64,000 nt of DNA from the human T2T-CHM13v2.0 reference genome, Homo sapiens, in assembly GCF_009914755.1 (NCBI RefSeq), contig NC_060926.1, one strand, 5' to 3'. This document shows, piece after piece, positions 1 to 11,794 of this stretch (its first letter is position 1; every line of letters starts with the position of its first letter). A program made the position numbers and the translations under genes. Under the pieces are notes generated by a model. That model was given only the letters and a program-made list of their open reading frames with translations, was not told the origin of the DNA and did no database searches.

Positions 1-477
1 ACACGTATGTTTATTGCGGCACTATTCACAATAGCAAAGACTTGGAATCAACCCAAATGTCCAACAACGATAGACTGGATTAAGAAAATGTGGGACATAT
101 ACACCATGGAATACTATGCAGCCATAAAAATGATGAGTTCATGTCCTTTGTAGGGACATGGATGAAACTGGAAACCATCATTCTCAGCAAACTATCGCAA
201 GGACAAAAAACCAAACACCGCATGTTCTCACTCATAGGTGGGAATTGAACAATGAGAACACATGGACACAGGAAGGGGAACATCACAATCTGGGGCCTGT
301 TGTGGGGTGGTGGGAGAGGGGAGAGATAGCATTAGGAGATATACCTAATGTTAAATGACGAGTTAATGGGTGCAGCACACCAACATGGCACATGTATACA
401 TATGTAACAAACCTGCACATTGTGCACATGTACCCTAAAACTTTAAGTATAATAATAATTTAAAAATTAAAAAAAAT
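1..477 (+). mobile_element. L1PA (young primate LINE-1, approx. L1PA3-5) 3' end: ORF2 C-terminus, 3'UTR and A-rich tail, cut by the window edge
   Basis: Near-consensus L1 3' sequence (ATACACCATGGAATACTATGCAGCCATAAAAA; CATGGCACATGTATACATATGTAACAAACCTGCAC) ending in an A-rich tail. Confidence 0.95.
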
Positions 478-1995
478 AGTAAACTATTTTGTGTAGTAAA
501 ACTCTAAAGCCTTTCTGCTCCTTACCGTTTCTCTGAATGATTATACACAGCAGCAGGACTTAAGAGAGAGTTCTTCAAAGAAAATGCAACCAACACTTCA
601 AAAAACACCTACAGTGGTCTCTGTCCCTCCTATGAATTCAACAGATGAAGAAAAGAAGATCAGTGATATATAGTATACTTGCAGCATTTAAAGTTTGCAT
701 CATTCAGTGCCCCCTTTGTTAGCAGAGAAATATTCATTGGATATTTTGTGAACCAAAATAGATGGTTACATAATTTCAGATTTGGATGCATATTTGGGAA
801 ATGTTTATAAGCTGTACAGGGAGCCAGTGGAGCTTGGGCAAAAGGGCTGCCAGGGATTCCTGATAAGAGTCTTCTGCTCATGTTCCCTGTAGAGTGGTGG
901 TGGGGGGCATTGGCAAAGGAGCTGCTAGAAACAGGGCTTGGTACTGACTGGACACTGAAGCTATTTGGTTGCTTTAATAAAAGGGATTTCAAATTTAATT
1001 CACTTACTGTGAGATAACTAAGTGCTCACATCTGGAAATAGTTCTACTGCAGTCAGCAAAAAGATGCCATTACCAGTAACCTTTCCTATAGGGGGCTTGA
1101 ATCATTTGGAGGCAAATCCATTTTCATTCCTGAGATGATGAATATGAAGACTAATGTCAGGGTGAAGGAAGGTTTCGTGCATGCTGCCTGAATCCTACTT
1201 CTCCTGAGGATAAGGGTGTGGCCATATATTGGATTTGGAAATAAAGAGGGCATTGTTGGATGGTTACCAAAGCTTGTCAGGGCTGACCACCATATTCCTC
1301 AAGGAGACGGAGGGTGTGTGCCACATCTGACGGTGTGCACATCATCACATTGGTGCATTATGCTGATTTATGCACAGGTGTCACTTTAATTCAACAGATA
1401 AATTTTCACATTTGTTTGTATAATGACACTCAGTACTGGAGTCCCAACTCTCTCTCTCATCATTCATTAATTGGGTGACTTTTCTTTAGCTTCTTTTTCC
1501 AGCCGGATTTTAAGCTTTTTTTTTGTATAAGTACTGATTCATACATTTTATGGAGGCTCACAACACCTGCTGTAGTATAAGGCACAAAGTGATTTCCCAG
1601 TAAGTTCAGATTCATTAATAGGAATAGGCATCCCTGATTCAATCATGTATAGATCTTTCTTTGCCTGAAATCTCACAGAAGGTTATTTCTGATGTGACTG
1701 TCTGAGTACTTCCATGGATTGAGTATGGCTGGTAGAAGGTAAACCAATCTATAAAATATGACAACGGACTTTGGCGAACATTTTCTTTCTGTTTGTAATG
1801 TAATGTTAATATTGCCACCCCTTCTCTCTCCTAATCCCATTCACATCTCGTATTTATGGGGTAAGGAGCAATAGTACAACAGGGATACATATATACTAGT
1901 TGCCTACATATTTAGAAATAATAAATCAAGCTACAACATAGTTAAATATATTATGGTTTATTCTTATACTTTGACAGATATTTACAGAAAGAAAT

Positions 1996-2527
1996 TGTGG
2001 CAGACTTGTACTGCTACTACTTGAGACTGTCACTGTGATAGTTACTACTGTTACTACTTGAGACCATCATTATGAGACTTAACAAAGGGATGAGCGTAGA
2101 AATAACAAAAAACAAAAGCAACTGTTGTGAGGAAAGGGCCAAGGGAAGAAGAAGAGAGAAGAAGAAAGAGAAAAAGGAGAGAAGAAGAAGAGAAGAAGAA
2201 AAGGGCTCCCTGCTTCTAGTGAGCAAAGGCAACCCCTGAGCTTTTACAGCTCTTCCTATTTATTGGGTAACAAGAACAAGGAGAAGGAGGTAATGATTGG
2301 TCAGCTGCCTAATTGATCACATTATTGTTAACAGGCTTCAGATGTTCCTAATCAGAAGAAACACTTGTGTCTGGGTCGTGACTGCCCTCAGAACTCCTTC
2401 TGGATGGCACATGCAGTTTGTCAGTTTGCCAACATTCTGCATTTATGAGACACTGTTTGCTGTTACTCATATAGTCTTCAGTGGTATACTGAGTTGATCA
2501 CAACCCTCATTCTTTCGGCCTTCAACA
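1996..2527 (-). mobile_element. Solo LTR, LTR18-like (ERVL class)
   Basis: TG...CA termini; reverse strand starts TGTTGAAGGCCGAAAGAATGAGGG; flanked by direct repeat AGAAAT at 1990-1995 and 2528-2533; family assigned from recall. Confidence 0.75.
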
Positions 2528-2639
2528 AGAAATTATTTTTAATGTAAAGATATCTTTATGACTAAAAGTTAACAAAACATTAAAGATGATTCATTTTAAT
2601 TATTATTATATATGTTTGGGTGTTCTACTGATGGGTTGA

Positions 2640-3620
2640 TTTTTCAGTTTGTCTCTTGTAGAAGCAGAAGCTGAGACAGATCTAGAAGGCAAGAGGTTTG
2701 TTGTAGAATAGTATTTATAAAACATAATGGAGAATGGAGTAGAACTGAACAGCTAAAACCTTCAGAAAGCAATGCAAATCTAATATATGTGAAAAGAGAA
2801 AAGAGGAAGCAGAATTGGGTAGGAGAGCCTCAAGGATGGTGAAGTAGTTCTGACAAAGTCTCAGCTCACACAAAAGAAAACCCTGGAACAATGACCTTGC
2901 CGAGACCACCTCAGTCGGGGAGACCCTAACCCAGTGGCGCTAGAGGAATTAAAGACACACACACAGAAATATAGAGGTGTGAAGTGGGAAATCAGGGGTC
3001 TCACAGCCTTCAGAGCTGAGATCCCCAAACAGAGATTTGCCCACATATTTATTAACAGCAAACCAGTCATTAGCATTGTTTCTATAGATATTAAATTAAC
3101 TAAAAGTATCCCTTATGGGAAATGAAGGGATGGGCCAAATTAAAGGAATAGGTTGGGCTAGTTAACTGCAGCAGGAGCATGTCCTTAAGGCACAGATCGT
3201 TCATGCTATTGTCTGTGGCTTAAGAATGCATTTAAGCGGTTTTCCACCCTGGGCGGGCCAGGTGTTCCTTGCCCTCATTCCCATAAACCTACAACCTTCC
3301 AGCGTGGGCGTTAGGGCCATTATGAACATGTTACAGTGCTGCAGAGATTTTGTTTATGGCCAGTTTTGGGGCCAGTTTATGGCCAGATTTTGGGGGGCCT
3401 GCTCCCAACATGGCTTTCTATTGGATGGTCCTGCATTTGACTGAAATGGTCCCAGGATACAGGCTATGCTCAGTCATTGTCTGGTTACTACTTGGGAATA
3501 ACTTGAAACTAAGGTTAACTTTGAAGGCTCTGAAAATGGTGTTTGTCAGCTAACTCCATTCCTGTAGCGGAATGTTATAGTTTATTCAAGGGGTATCCTA
3601 GCTATGTCCCTCCATGGTTG
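2640..3620 (-). mobile_element. Old ERVL-type LTR (LTR16/33/41/67-like), split by the MER9 insertion
   Basis: AGAAGCAGAAGCTGAGACAGA and GGAAGCAGAATTGGG...CTGACAAAGTCTCAGC motifs before 2898 continue as GCTCAGTCATTG...GTCAGCTAACT after 3410; abuts ERVL internal sequence. Confidence 0.55.
2898..3410 (-). mobile_element. MER9 solo LTR (ERVK class, HERV-K9/HML-3)
   Basis: About 513 bp with TG...CA ends; reverse strand starts TGTTGGGAGCAGGCCCCCCAAAATCTGGCCATAAACTGGCCCCAAAACTGGCC as in MER9; degenerate 6-bp TSD TGACCT/TGGCTT. Confidence 0.9.
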
Positions 3621-3639
3621 CCAGTGTAGACCTTATCTG

Positions 3640-4240
3640 CACAGATCCAATTTTCCTTTCAGAAATGGAATGGAAGCAGCTCTCCAGAATTCCAGTGGGA
3701 AGAACATTTTATAGGAAATTAGTGGGATGAACTAGAACTCCTTTCCCCCAACTACAGTTGATCTTAAGTCTCCAAGTGGTACTCATTTTGTCTCTCCTCA
3801 CTATACATTCCCTTTGTCCTCAGCCACCATCGTTGCACATCTTGATGGTTTACCTGAGAATTCCGAGACCCTGGAACCATATGTTTCTAAGGCTGGTGCT
3901 GCTGCTCTTGTCCTTATAGCCACAGCTGGGCAATTGAGTATTTGCAGGCAAGCAGGTGGAACCCCTCTATTCCACATTTATTTCTTCCTGCCCTACTGTG
4001 TAACAGCAGCTTTGTCTCCTTCTGCTGATCAGGGTCAATTGCTCTCCCAAGATGATGACTCTTCTTCTTGCCTACTAGCCCTGGGACACAATGAAAAAGA
4101 AGTGATGCATGGCTACAGTAGCTTGTTGTTCAGTGTGCTCTTGCTGTGTCCCGTGATAAGAGTGCCCCCTGCTCCTTTGGGGACCAGGACCTTTCCATAT
4201 AGTCCAAAGTTGTGGATATAGGAAAAAATGTTTCCCAGTT
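3640..4240 (-). mobile_element. ERVL internal remnant with decayed dUTPase-like region
   Basis: Minus-strand translation, across frameshifts, gives VLVPKG ... ARRRVIILG ... IDPDQQKETKLLLH, resembling the ERVL dUTPase segment VLVPKGG...VTVLAGVIDPDYQGEIGLLLH. Confidence 0.7.
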
Positions 4241-4339
4241 TGGGAATAAAAGTAAATGAGGTCATTCCTGCATTTTTCCTTGTTTCCGGACTCATCTAAT
4301 CATGATATTGGGGACATAGCACGTATATGAAGAAAATAG

Positions 4340-4460
4340 TGTAAATAAACTGGTCAAAAAATTTAAATAGATACCTTATTAAAGACTATGTACAAATGAC
4401 AAATAAGGATATAGAAAGATGTTTCTCATCAAGTGTCATTAAAACAATATAAATTAAAAC
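4340..4460 (+). mobile_element. Old L1M ORF2 3' fragment
   Basis: CAAATGACAAATAAGGATATAGAAAGATGTT...AAATTAAAACTGCAAT resembles L1 ORF2 3' consensus. Confidence 0.55.
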
Positions 4461-6077
4461 TGCAATAATATTGGAAGGCAGAGCAAGATAGTAGAATAGG
4501 ACTCTTCAGTGATTGTTCCCTGCAGAAACATCAATTTCAACAACTATCCACATGCAAAAATATTTTTGCAAGAATGAAAGAAAGTAGGTCAGAGATTACA
4601 GTACCTGGTTATAGCACAATAATTTGAAAAGACATTGATTGAGGAGAGTAGGAATGACAGTTTTACATTACCTCTATCACTCTTTTGCTAACCCTAGGCA
4701 GCACAGCATGGAGAGAGATACAGTAGTATTAGAAGAAAGGAGAAAAGTGAGGATGGGAGTTTAATTTGGACCATAGTGCTGGGATCACTGCAGTAAAACC
4801 CAGCACTGAGCAGACACATATGGACCCTGAATCTTGCCTGGTACATGTAGACTGAACCTCCAGACCAGCCCCAGCACTAGGTGGAAAACTATAGGCCCTA
4901 TGAGGTAGACTTGATCTCCAGTCCACATTCCACCAGCTAACTACAATGACCTTTGGCTCTGGAATGTCCTTAGTGGCAGACGGTCTTCAATTAGCTTGGC
5001 CTTTGGGCACACCCCAGCTCCATGTCAGCCTCAATTGCTACAAGAGTCTAGCCTGGCACTGTATCAGCCACAGCAGTCCTGAACTTAGAGATTATGCCAG
5101 ATGGCCAGAATCTCTGAACAGGTTAACTGTTGAAGGGTGTTCCCAGACAAAGCCAATATGCAAAGACTGGAATAAGTGCCAACAACTTCAAGTGTGCAGA
5201 CATGAAAGTATGTCCATAGGAATCAAAAATAATCAGGGAAACATGACATCACCAAATGGAAAAAAGAAAGTGCCAGTGATTGACTCTAATTAAATGCAGA
5301 TGTATGAACAGCCTGGCAAATAATTCAAAATTACTATTTTAAGGTGGCTCATCAAACTTCAATAAAATATAGAGAAACAATTAAACACAAGAAAAAATAA
5401 TAAATGGCTAGAATGAGAAATTTAGGATTGAAGTAATAATAAGAAAACCCAGAAATTCAAGGGCTGATAAATACAATTAATGAAATGAAAAATGCAGTAG
5501 AGAACATCAACAGAAGAATTAATCAAAAAGAAAAAAGAATCTGTAAACTCAAAGAAAAATACCTTGAAAATATACAGTCAGAGGAGAGAAAAAAAAAAGC
5601 AAAGAACGAAGAAAGCTTACAGGATTTATGGAACAGCATCAAAAGAGGAAATATCTGAGTCAAAGGAGTTTGAGAAGGATAATAGCAAAATAAAAGGGTA
5701 GAAAACTTATTGAAAGAAATAAGAGCAGAACATTTTCCAAACCTGAAGAAATATATAAATATCCAGGTACGGGAAGGTTAACTATCACTTAGTCCAAATC
5801 ACATTCAATCCAAATAAGACTACCGCAAGAAATATTATAATCAAACTGTCAAAAATCAAAGACAAAGAGAGGACCCTGAAAGCAGAAAGAAAAAAGAAGC
5901 AAATAAAATATAAGGGAGTTCCAGTACACCTGGCGTATTTCTCAGCAGAAATCTTATAGTCAGGAGAGAATGGGATGTTATAGTCAAAGTGCTGAAGGGG
6001 AAAAAACTGCCAACCAAGAACATGTTACCCCAAAAAGCTGTCCTTAGGAAAGGAGAGATAAGAACTTTTTCAGATAC

Positions 6078-7353
6078 TATTCCAGTATCTGGAATATTCC
6101 AGATACTATTCCAGTATCCAGTATTTATTCCAGTAAATAATGCTGCAATAAACCTGTGTGTGCATGTGTCTTTATAGTAGAATGGCTTATTTTCCCTTGG
6201 GTATGTACCCAGTAATGGAATTGCTAGGTAAAGTGGTATTTCTGGTTCTAGATCCTTGAGGAATCACCGCACTGTCTTCCATGATGGTTGAACTAATTTA
6301 TAGTCCCACCAACAATGTAAAAGCATTCTTATTTCGCCATAGCCTCACCAGCATCTAATGTTTCTTGACTTTTTAATAATTGCCATTCTGACTGGCATGA
6401 GATAGTATCTCATTGTGGCTTTGATTTGCATTTCTCTAATGATCAGTGATGATGAGTTTTTTTCATATGTTTGTTGCCTGCATAAATGTCTTCATTTGAG
6501 AAGTGTCTGTTCATATCCTTTGCCCACTTTTTGATGGGGTTGTTTGTTTGTTTCCTGTAAATTTGTTTAAGTTCCTTGTAGATTCTGGATATTAGACCTT
6601 GTCAGGTGGATAAAGAAAATGTGGTACATATACACCATGGAATACTATGCAGTCATAAAAAAAAGAATGAGATCATGTCCTTTGCAGGGACATAGAGGAA
6701 GCTGGAAGCCATCATCCTCAGCAAACTAACACAGGAACAGAAAACCAAACACCGCATATTCTCACTCATAAGTGGTAGTTGAACAATGAGAACTCATGGA
6801 CACAGACAGGGTGGGGAACAACACACACCGGGGCCTTTCGGGGAGTGGGGGCCAAGGAGAGGGAGAGCATTAGGACGGATACCTCATGCTTGCAGGGCTT
6901 AAATCCTAGATGACAGGTTGATAGGTACAGCAAACCACCATGCACGTATATACCTATGTAACAAACCTGCACATTCTGCACATGTATCCTGGAACTTAAA
7001 GTAAAATTTAAAAAAAGAAAGAAAAAAGAAAACCAAACACTACATATTTTCATTTATAAGTTGAAGCTGAACAATGAGAACATACAGACACGTGGAGGGG
7101 AACTACACACACTGGGGCCTGTCGGTGGGGTTGTGTGTGTTGGGGGGTGGGCAGGAGAAGGGAGCACATCAGGACAAATAGCTAATGCATGCTGGACTTA
7201 ATACCTAGGTGATGGGTTGATAGGTGCAGCAAACCACCATGGCACACATTTACCTATGTAACAAACCTGCACATCCTGCACATATAACCCAGAATTTAAA
7301 ATAAAACAAAACAAAACAAAACAAAACAAAACAAAAACAAAAACAAACAAAAA
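6078..7353 (+). mobile_element. 5'-inverted (twin-primed) L1PA insertion with two tandem 3'UTR/polyA ends
   Basis: Antisense ORF2 segment about 6135-6607, sense 3' segment from about 6608, A-rich tails at about 7000-7030 and 7298-7353; TSD AACTTT(T/C)TCAGATAC at 6063-6077 and 7354-7368. Confidence 0.9.
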
Positions 7354-7531
7354 AACTTTCTCAGATACACAAAGCTAAGTGATTTTATTATCATTGTGAC
7401 AGTTTTACAAGAAATGCTATAGGGAGTTCTTCAAGCTGAAAGAAGAGAACACTAATGAGTAACACAAAAACATCTGAAAGTATATAACTCCACGGTAAAA
7501 GTAAGTACACAATCAAATTCAGAATACTTAA

Positions 7532-8051
7532 TGCTTTTCCTGTACAGAAAAAAAAGTGCAGCTCATCGCCAGCAATCATTTAATCTTACATAAAACACAC
7601 TCTTTGAGGCTGAAGCAAATCTGACTGATTTTCAGTGTGAAAATATAATATAAAAACTGTTCTTGGAGTTATTTCTAAACAGAACTAACATCAGAATGTC
7701 TGAATCATCAGAATCGTCTCAGAAAATTGTTTCAGAAAAATCGGATTCATCAGATGAATCTTTGGCCAACAACTGTTCAAGAAGGATGTTAACATCACAT
7801 GTAGGATGCTACATTTTCTAGGATTTGATATTTTTAGCAATTGAGAATTACTATATTTTGTAAATGGAAATACCAGTACTAAAAACAGAATGCTATAAAT
7901 AAAATGATGTCTTTTGTTTTCAAAGTCAATATACTAGAGCAATGAAAAAATAATAATAAAAGCTAGATATATCATGGCAAAGTTATATCAGGGTAAACGC
8001 TGAAGCTGCAAGTGCTGCTGGTGAATATTCTTCAGGCAAATGGGAAAAACG
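7532..8051 (-). mobile_element. MER75 non-autonomous piggyBac element
   Basis: About 520 bp matching recalled MER75 consensus (TTTGAGGCTGAAGCAAATCTGACTGATTTTCA; GAACTAACATCAGAAT); decayed TIRs CTTTTCC.GT / GGGAAAA; TTAA at 7528-7531 and TTGA at 8052-8055. Confidence 0.9.
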
Positions 8052-8711
8052 TTGATACTGTAATGGTGGCATACAAATCACTTACGTCAGTTGAAGATTA
8101 AAAGGCAAAATTATTAAAATAGTAATAACTACAATGATGTATTAAGAGATATGAAATATAAACTATGTAAATTGTAACATCAAAAATTCAAAATGTTGGG
8201 GGAGTGAAATAAACTTTTGTAATCTTTATGGTAACCACAAAGCAAAAACCTATAGTAGACACACTAAAAATAAAAATCTGAGAATTAAAACATACCACTA
8301 GAGAAAAATCACTTAATTACAAAGGAAGTTAGCAAGAGAGAAAGAAAGGAAAAAGAGATCTACAAAACAACTAGAAAACAAGCAACGCTATTGCCATAGT
8401 AAATCTTTACTTATCGATAATTACTTTCAGAGTAAGTGGATTAAATTCTCTGATCAAAAGACACAGAATGGTTGAATGAATAGATCAACAATGCCCAACT
8501 ATATTCTGCCTAAAAGAGACCCATTTCACCTGTAAGAACACACATAGACTAAAAGTAAAGGGATGAAAAAAGATTTTTCATGAAATAGAAACCAGTAGAA
8601 AGCAGGAGTAGCTATATTTATATTAAAGAAAATAGACTTTAAGTCAAAAACTGTAAAAAGGGCAGACAAGGTCATTATATAGTGATAAAGGGGTCAACCT
8701 AGCTAGAGGAT

Positions 8712-9101
8712 ATGACAATTTTAAATATATATGCACTCGACACTGGAACACCTAAATATGTAAAGCAGATATTAATTGACCTGAAGGGAGATATTGTTTG
8801 CAATACAATAATAGTAGGGGACTTCAATACCCCACTTTTAGTAATGGACAGATCATGCAGACAGAAAATCAATGAAGAAACATCAGACTTAAACTATACT
8901 GTAGACAAAATGGACTTAACTGACATTTATAGAACATTTCATCCAACAGCTGCAGAATACACATTCTTCTTAAGTGGATATGGGACATTCTCTAGGCCAG
9001 ATCATATGTTAGCTCACAAACAGGTCTTATCAAATTTAAGAAGATTGAGATCATGTCAAATATCTTTTCTGACTACAAGGTGTAAAACTAGAAATCAATA
9101 A
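8712..9101 (+). pseudogene. L1 ORF2 APE-type endonuclease remnant (open stretch of a dead L1)
   Basis: Translation has ILNIYA, TIIVGDFNTPL, DLTDIYRTFHP, GTFSRPDHML; flanking sequence is frameshifted. Confidence 0.9.
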
Positions 9102-10624
9102 CAGGAGAAGCTTTGGAAAATTTACAAATATATGGAAGTTAAGTAACATGCTCTAGAACAACCCAATGGGTCAATGAATAAGTTAAAAGTGAAATTAAAA
9201 AATATACTGGGAGAAATAAACATGAAAACACAACATACTGAAACTTATGGAATGCAGCAAAAGCAGTTCTAAGAGGGAAGTTTATAGCAATAAATGTCTA
9301 TACTAAAGAAGAAGAACAATTCAACAAAAAAGTATGTTGCACCTCAAGCAACTAGATGAACAAGAACAAACTGAAGCCCAAAATTGGTAGAAGAAAGGAA
9401 ATAATAAAGATTAGAGCAGAAATAAATAAAATAGAGACTAGAAAAATGATAGAAAATATCAACAAAATTAAGAACTTATTTTTTGAAAAGACAAAATGAA
9501 CAAACCTTTACCTAAACTAAGAAAAACATTCAAATAAATAAAATCATAAATGACAACCAAGCCATTACAACAGATACCACATAAATCCAAAAGATTATGA
9601 GACTATTATAAACCAACAAATTTAATAAGCTAGAAGAAATGGATAACTTCCTTGACACATACAACTTACTAAGTTGAATTACAAAGACTAGAATATCTTA
9701 TCTGAACAGAAAAATAACAAATAAAGCAATTGAATTAGTAATAAATGTTTTCCCATCAAAAAGAAAAGCCCAGAACCAGATGGCTTTACAGCTGAATTCT
9801 ACCAAACTTTTAAAGAAGTACTAACACAAATTCTTCTCAAACTCTTCCAAAAAACTAAAGAGGAATGAATACTTCCTAACTCATTTTGTGAGGCCAAAAC
9901 TGGATACAACGAAACCCAAAATCTACAGGCCAAGATCCCTGATGAACCTAGGTGCAAATATCCTCAACAAAATAATAGAAAACTAAACTTAACAGCACTT
10001 TAAGAAGATCATTCATCACGATCAACTGGGATTCATCCCAGGGATGGAAGGATGGCTCAATATATGCAAGTCAATAATGGGGTATATCACATTAACAGAA
10101 TGAAGGACAAAAACCACATGTTTATTTCAATAGATGTAGAAAAGAATTTGACAACAGCAAACATTATTTCACATTGAAAACTCTCAACAAATTAGGCATA
10201 TAAAAGATATATCTTAACATAATAAGGGCCATGTAGGACAAACCCACAGATCATATCAGAAAAAAAGGAAAGCGTTTTCTCTAAGATCCAGAAAAAGACA
10301 AGGATGTTCATTCTTGCCACTTCAATACAACATATTACTGGAAGTCCTAGCCAGAGCAATTAGGCCAGAGAAAGAAATAAAGGTATTCAAATTGGAAAGA
10401 AGGTAGTCAAATTATCCTGGTTTGCATCTGACATGATCTTATATAGAAAACCCCAACATCTCTACCAAAAAAAAACTATTCAAAGTAATAAGTAAATTCA
10501 GTAGAACTGTAGGATACGAAAATCAGTAGCATTTCTATACATAGCAAACTATCTGAAGGAGGAATCACGAAAACAGTTTGTTTATGATAGCTACAAAAAA
10601 GATACATACGTGAGAGTAAATTTA

Positions 10625-10934
<310 letters not shown>

Positions 10935-11537
10935 GGATAAAAAAGATCTCTACACTAAAAATCTGTGAAACAGTGATTAAAAAAAAGTTGAAGAAGACTT
11001 AAATAAGTAAATAAGTGTAAAGCTATCCCACATTCATGGTTTGGAAGAATTAACATTGTTAAAATGTCCATCCCACCCAGAGTGATTTGTGAATTCAATA
11101 CAATCCCTATCAAAATACTAATAACTTTCTTCACAGAAGTAGAACAAATAGTCTTAAAACTTCAGAGTCCACAAAAGACTCTGAAAAGTCAAAGCAATCT
11201 TAGGCAAAAAGAACAAAGCTAGAGGCATCACACGACCTGACTTTATAATATACCATAAAGTGACAGTAACCAAAATGGCATGGTACTGGCATAAATACAG
11301 ACACATAGACCAATAGAACAGAGAGCCAAAAATAAATTCATGCATTTACAGCCAACTGTTTTTCAACAATGGTGCCAATAACACAAAGTGGGGACAGGAC
11401 AGTCTCTTCAATAACTGGTATTGGGAAAAAACTGGACATCCACATGCAGAAGAATGAAATTAAACCCTTATATCATACCATAAACAAAATCAACATGAAA
11501 TGGAACCAAGACTTAAATGTAAGAGCAGTGACTAAAA

Positions 11538-11785
11538 AGTCACTGCTAAATCTAAGGACATCTAGATTATCTCCTATGTTATCTTCTAGAAGTTTTGTAG
11601 TTTCGTGTTTTACAGTTAGATCTATAATCCATTTTAAGTTAATTTTTGTGAAGGATATATGGTTTGTGTCTAGATTCTGTTTTTGTTAGTTTGTTTTTGC
11701 ATATAGCTATCCAGTAGTTTCAGCACTATCTGTTAAAATGACTATCTTTTCTGTATTTTATTGCCTTTGCTCCTTTGTCAAAACA
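11538..11785 (-). mobile_element. Antisense L1M (MB/MC-like) ORF2 fragment
   Basis: ATCCATTTTAAGTTAATTTTTGTGAAGG and TTGCCTTTGCTCCTTTGTCAAA match antisense L1 ORF2. Confidence 0.75.
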
Positions 11786-11794
11786 TTTTTTCTT

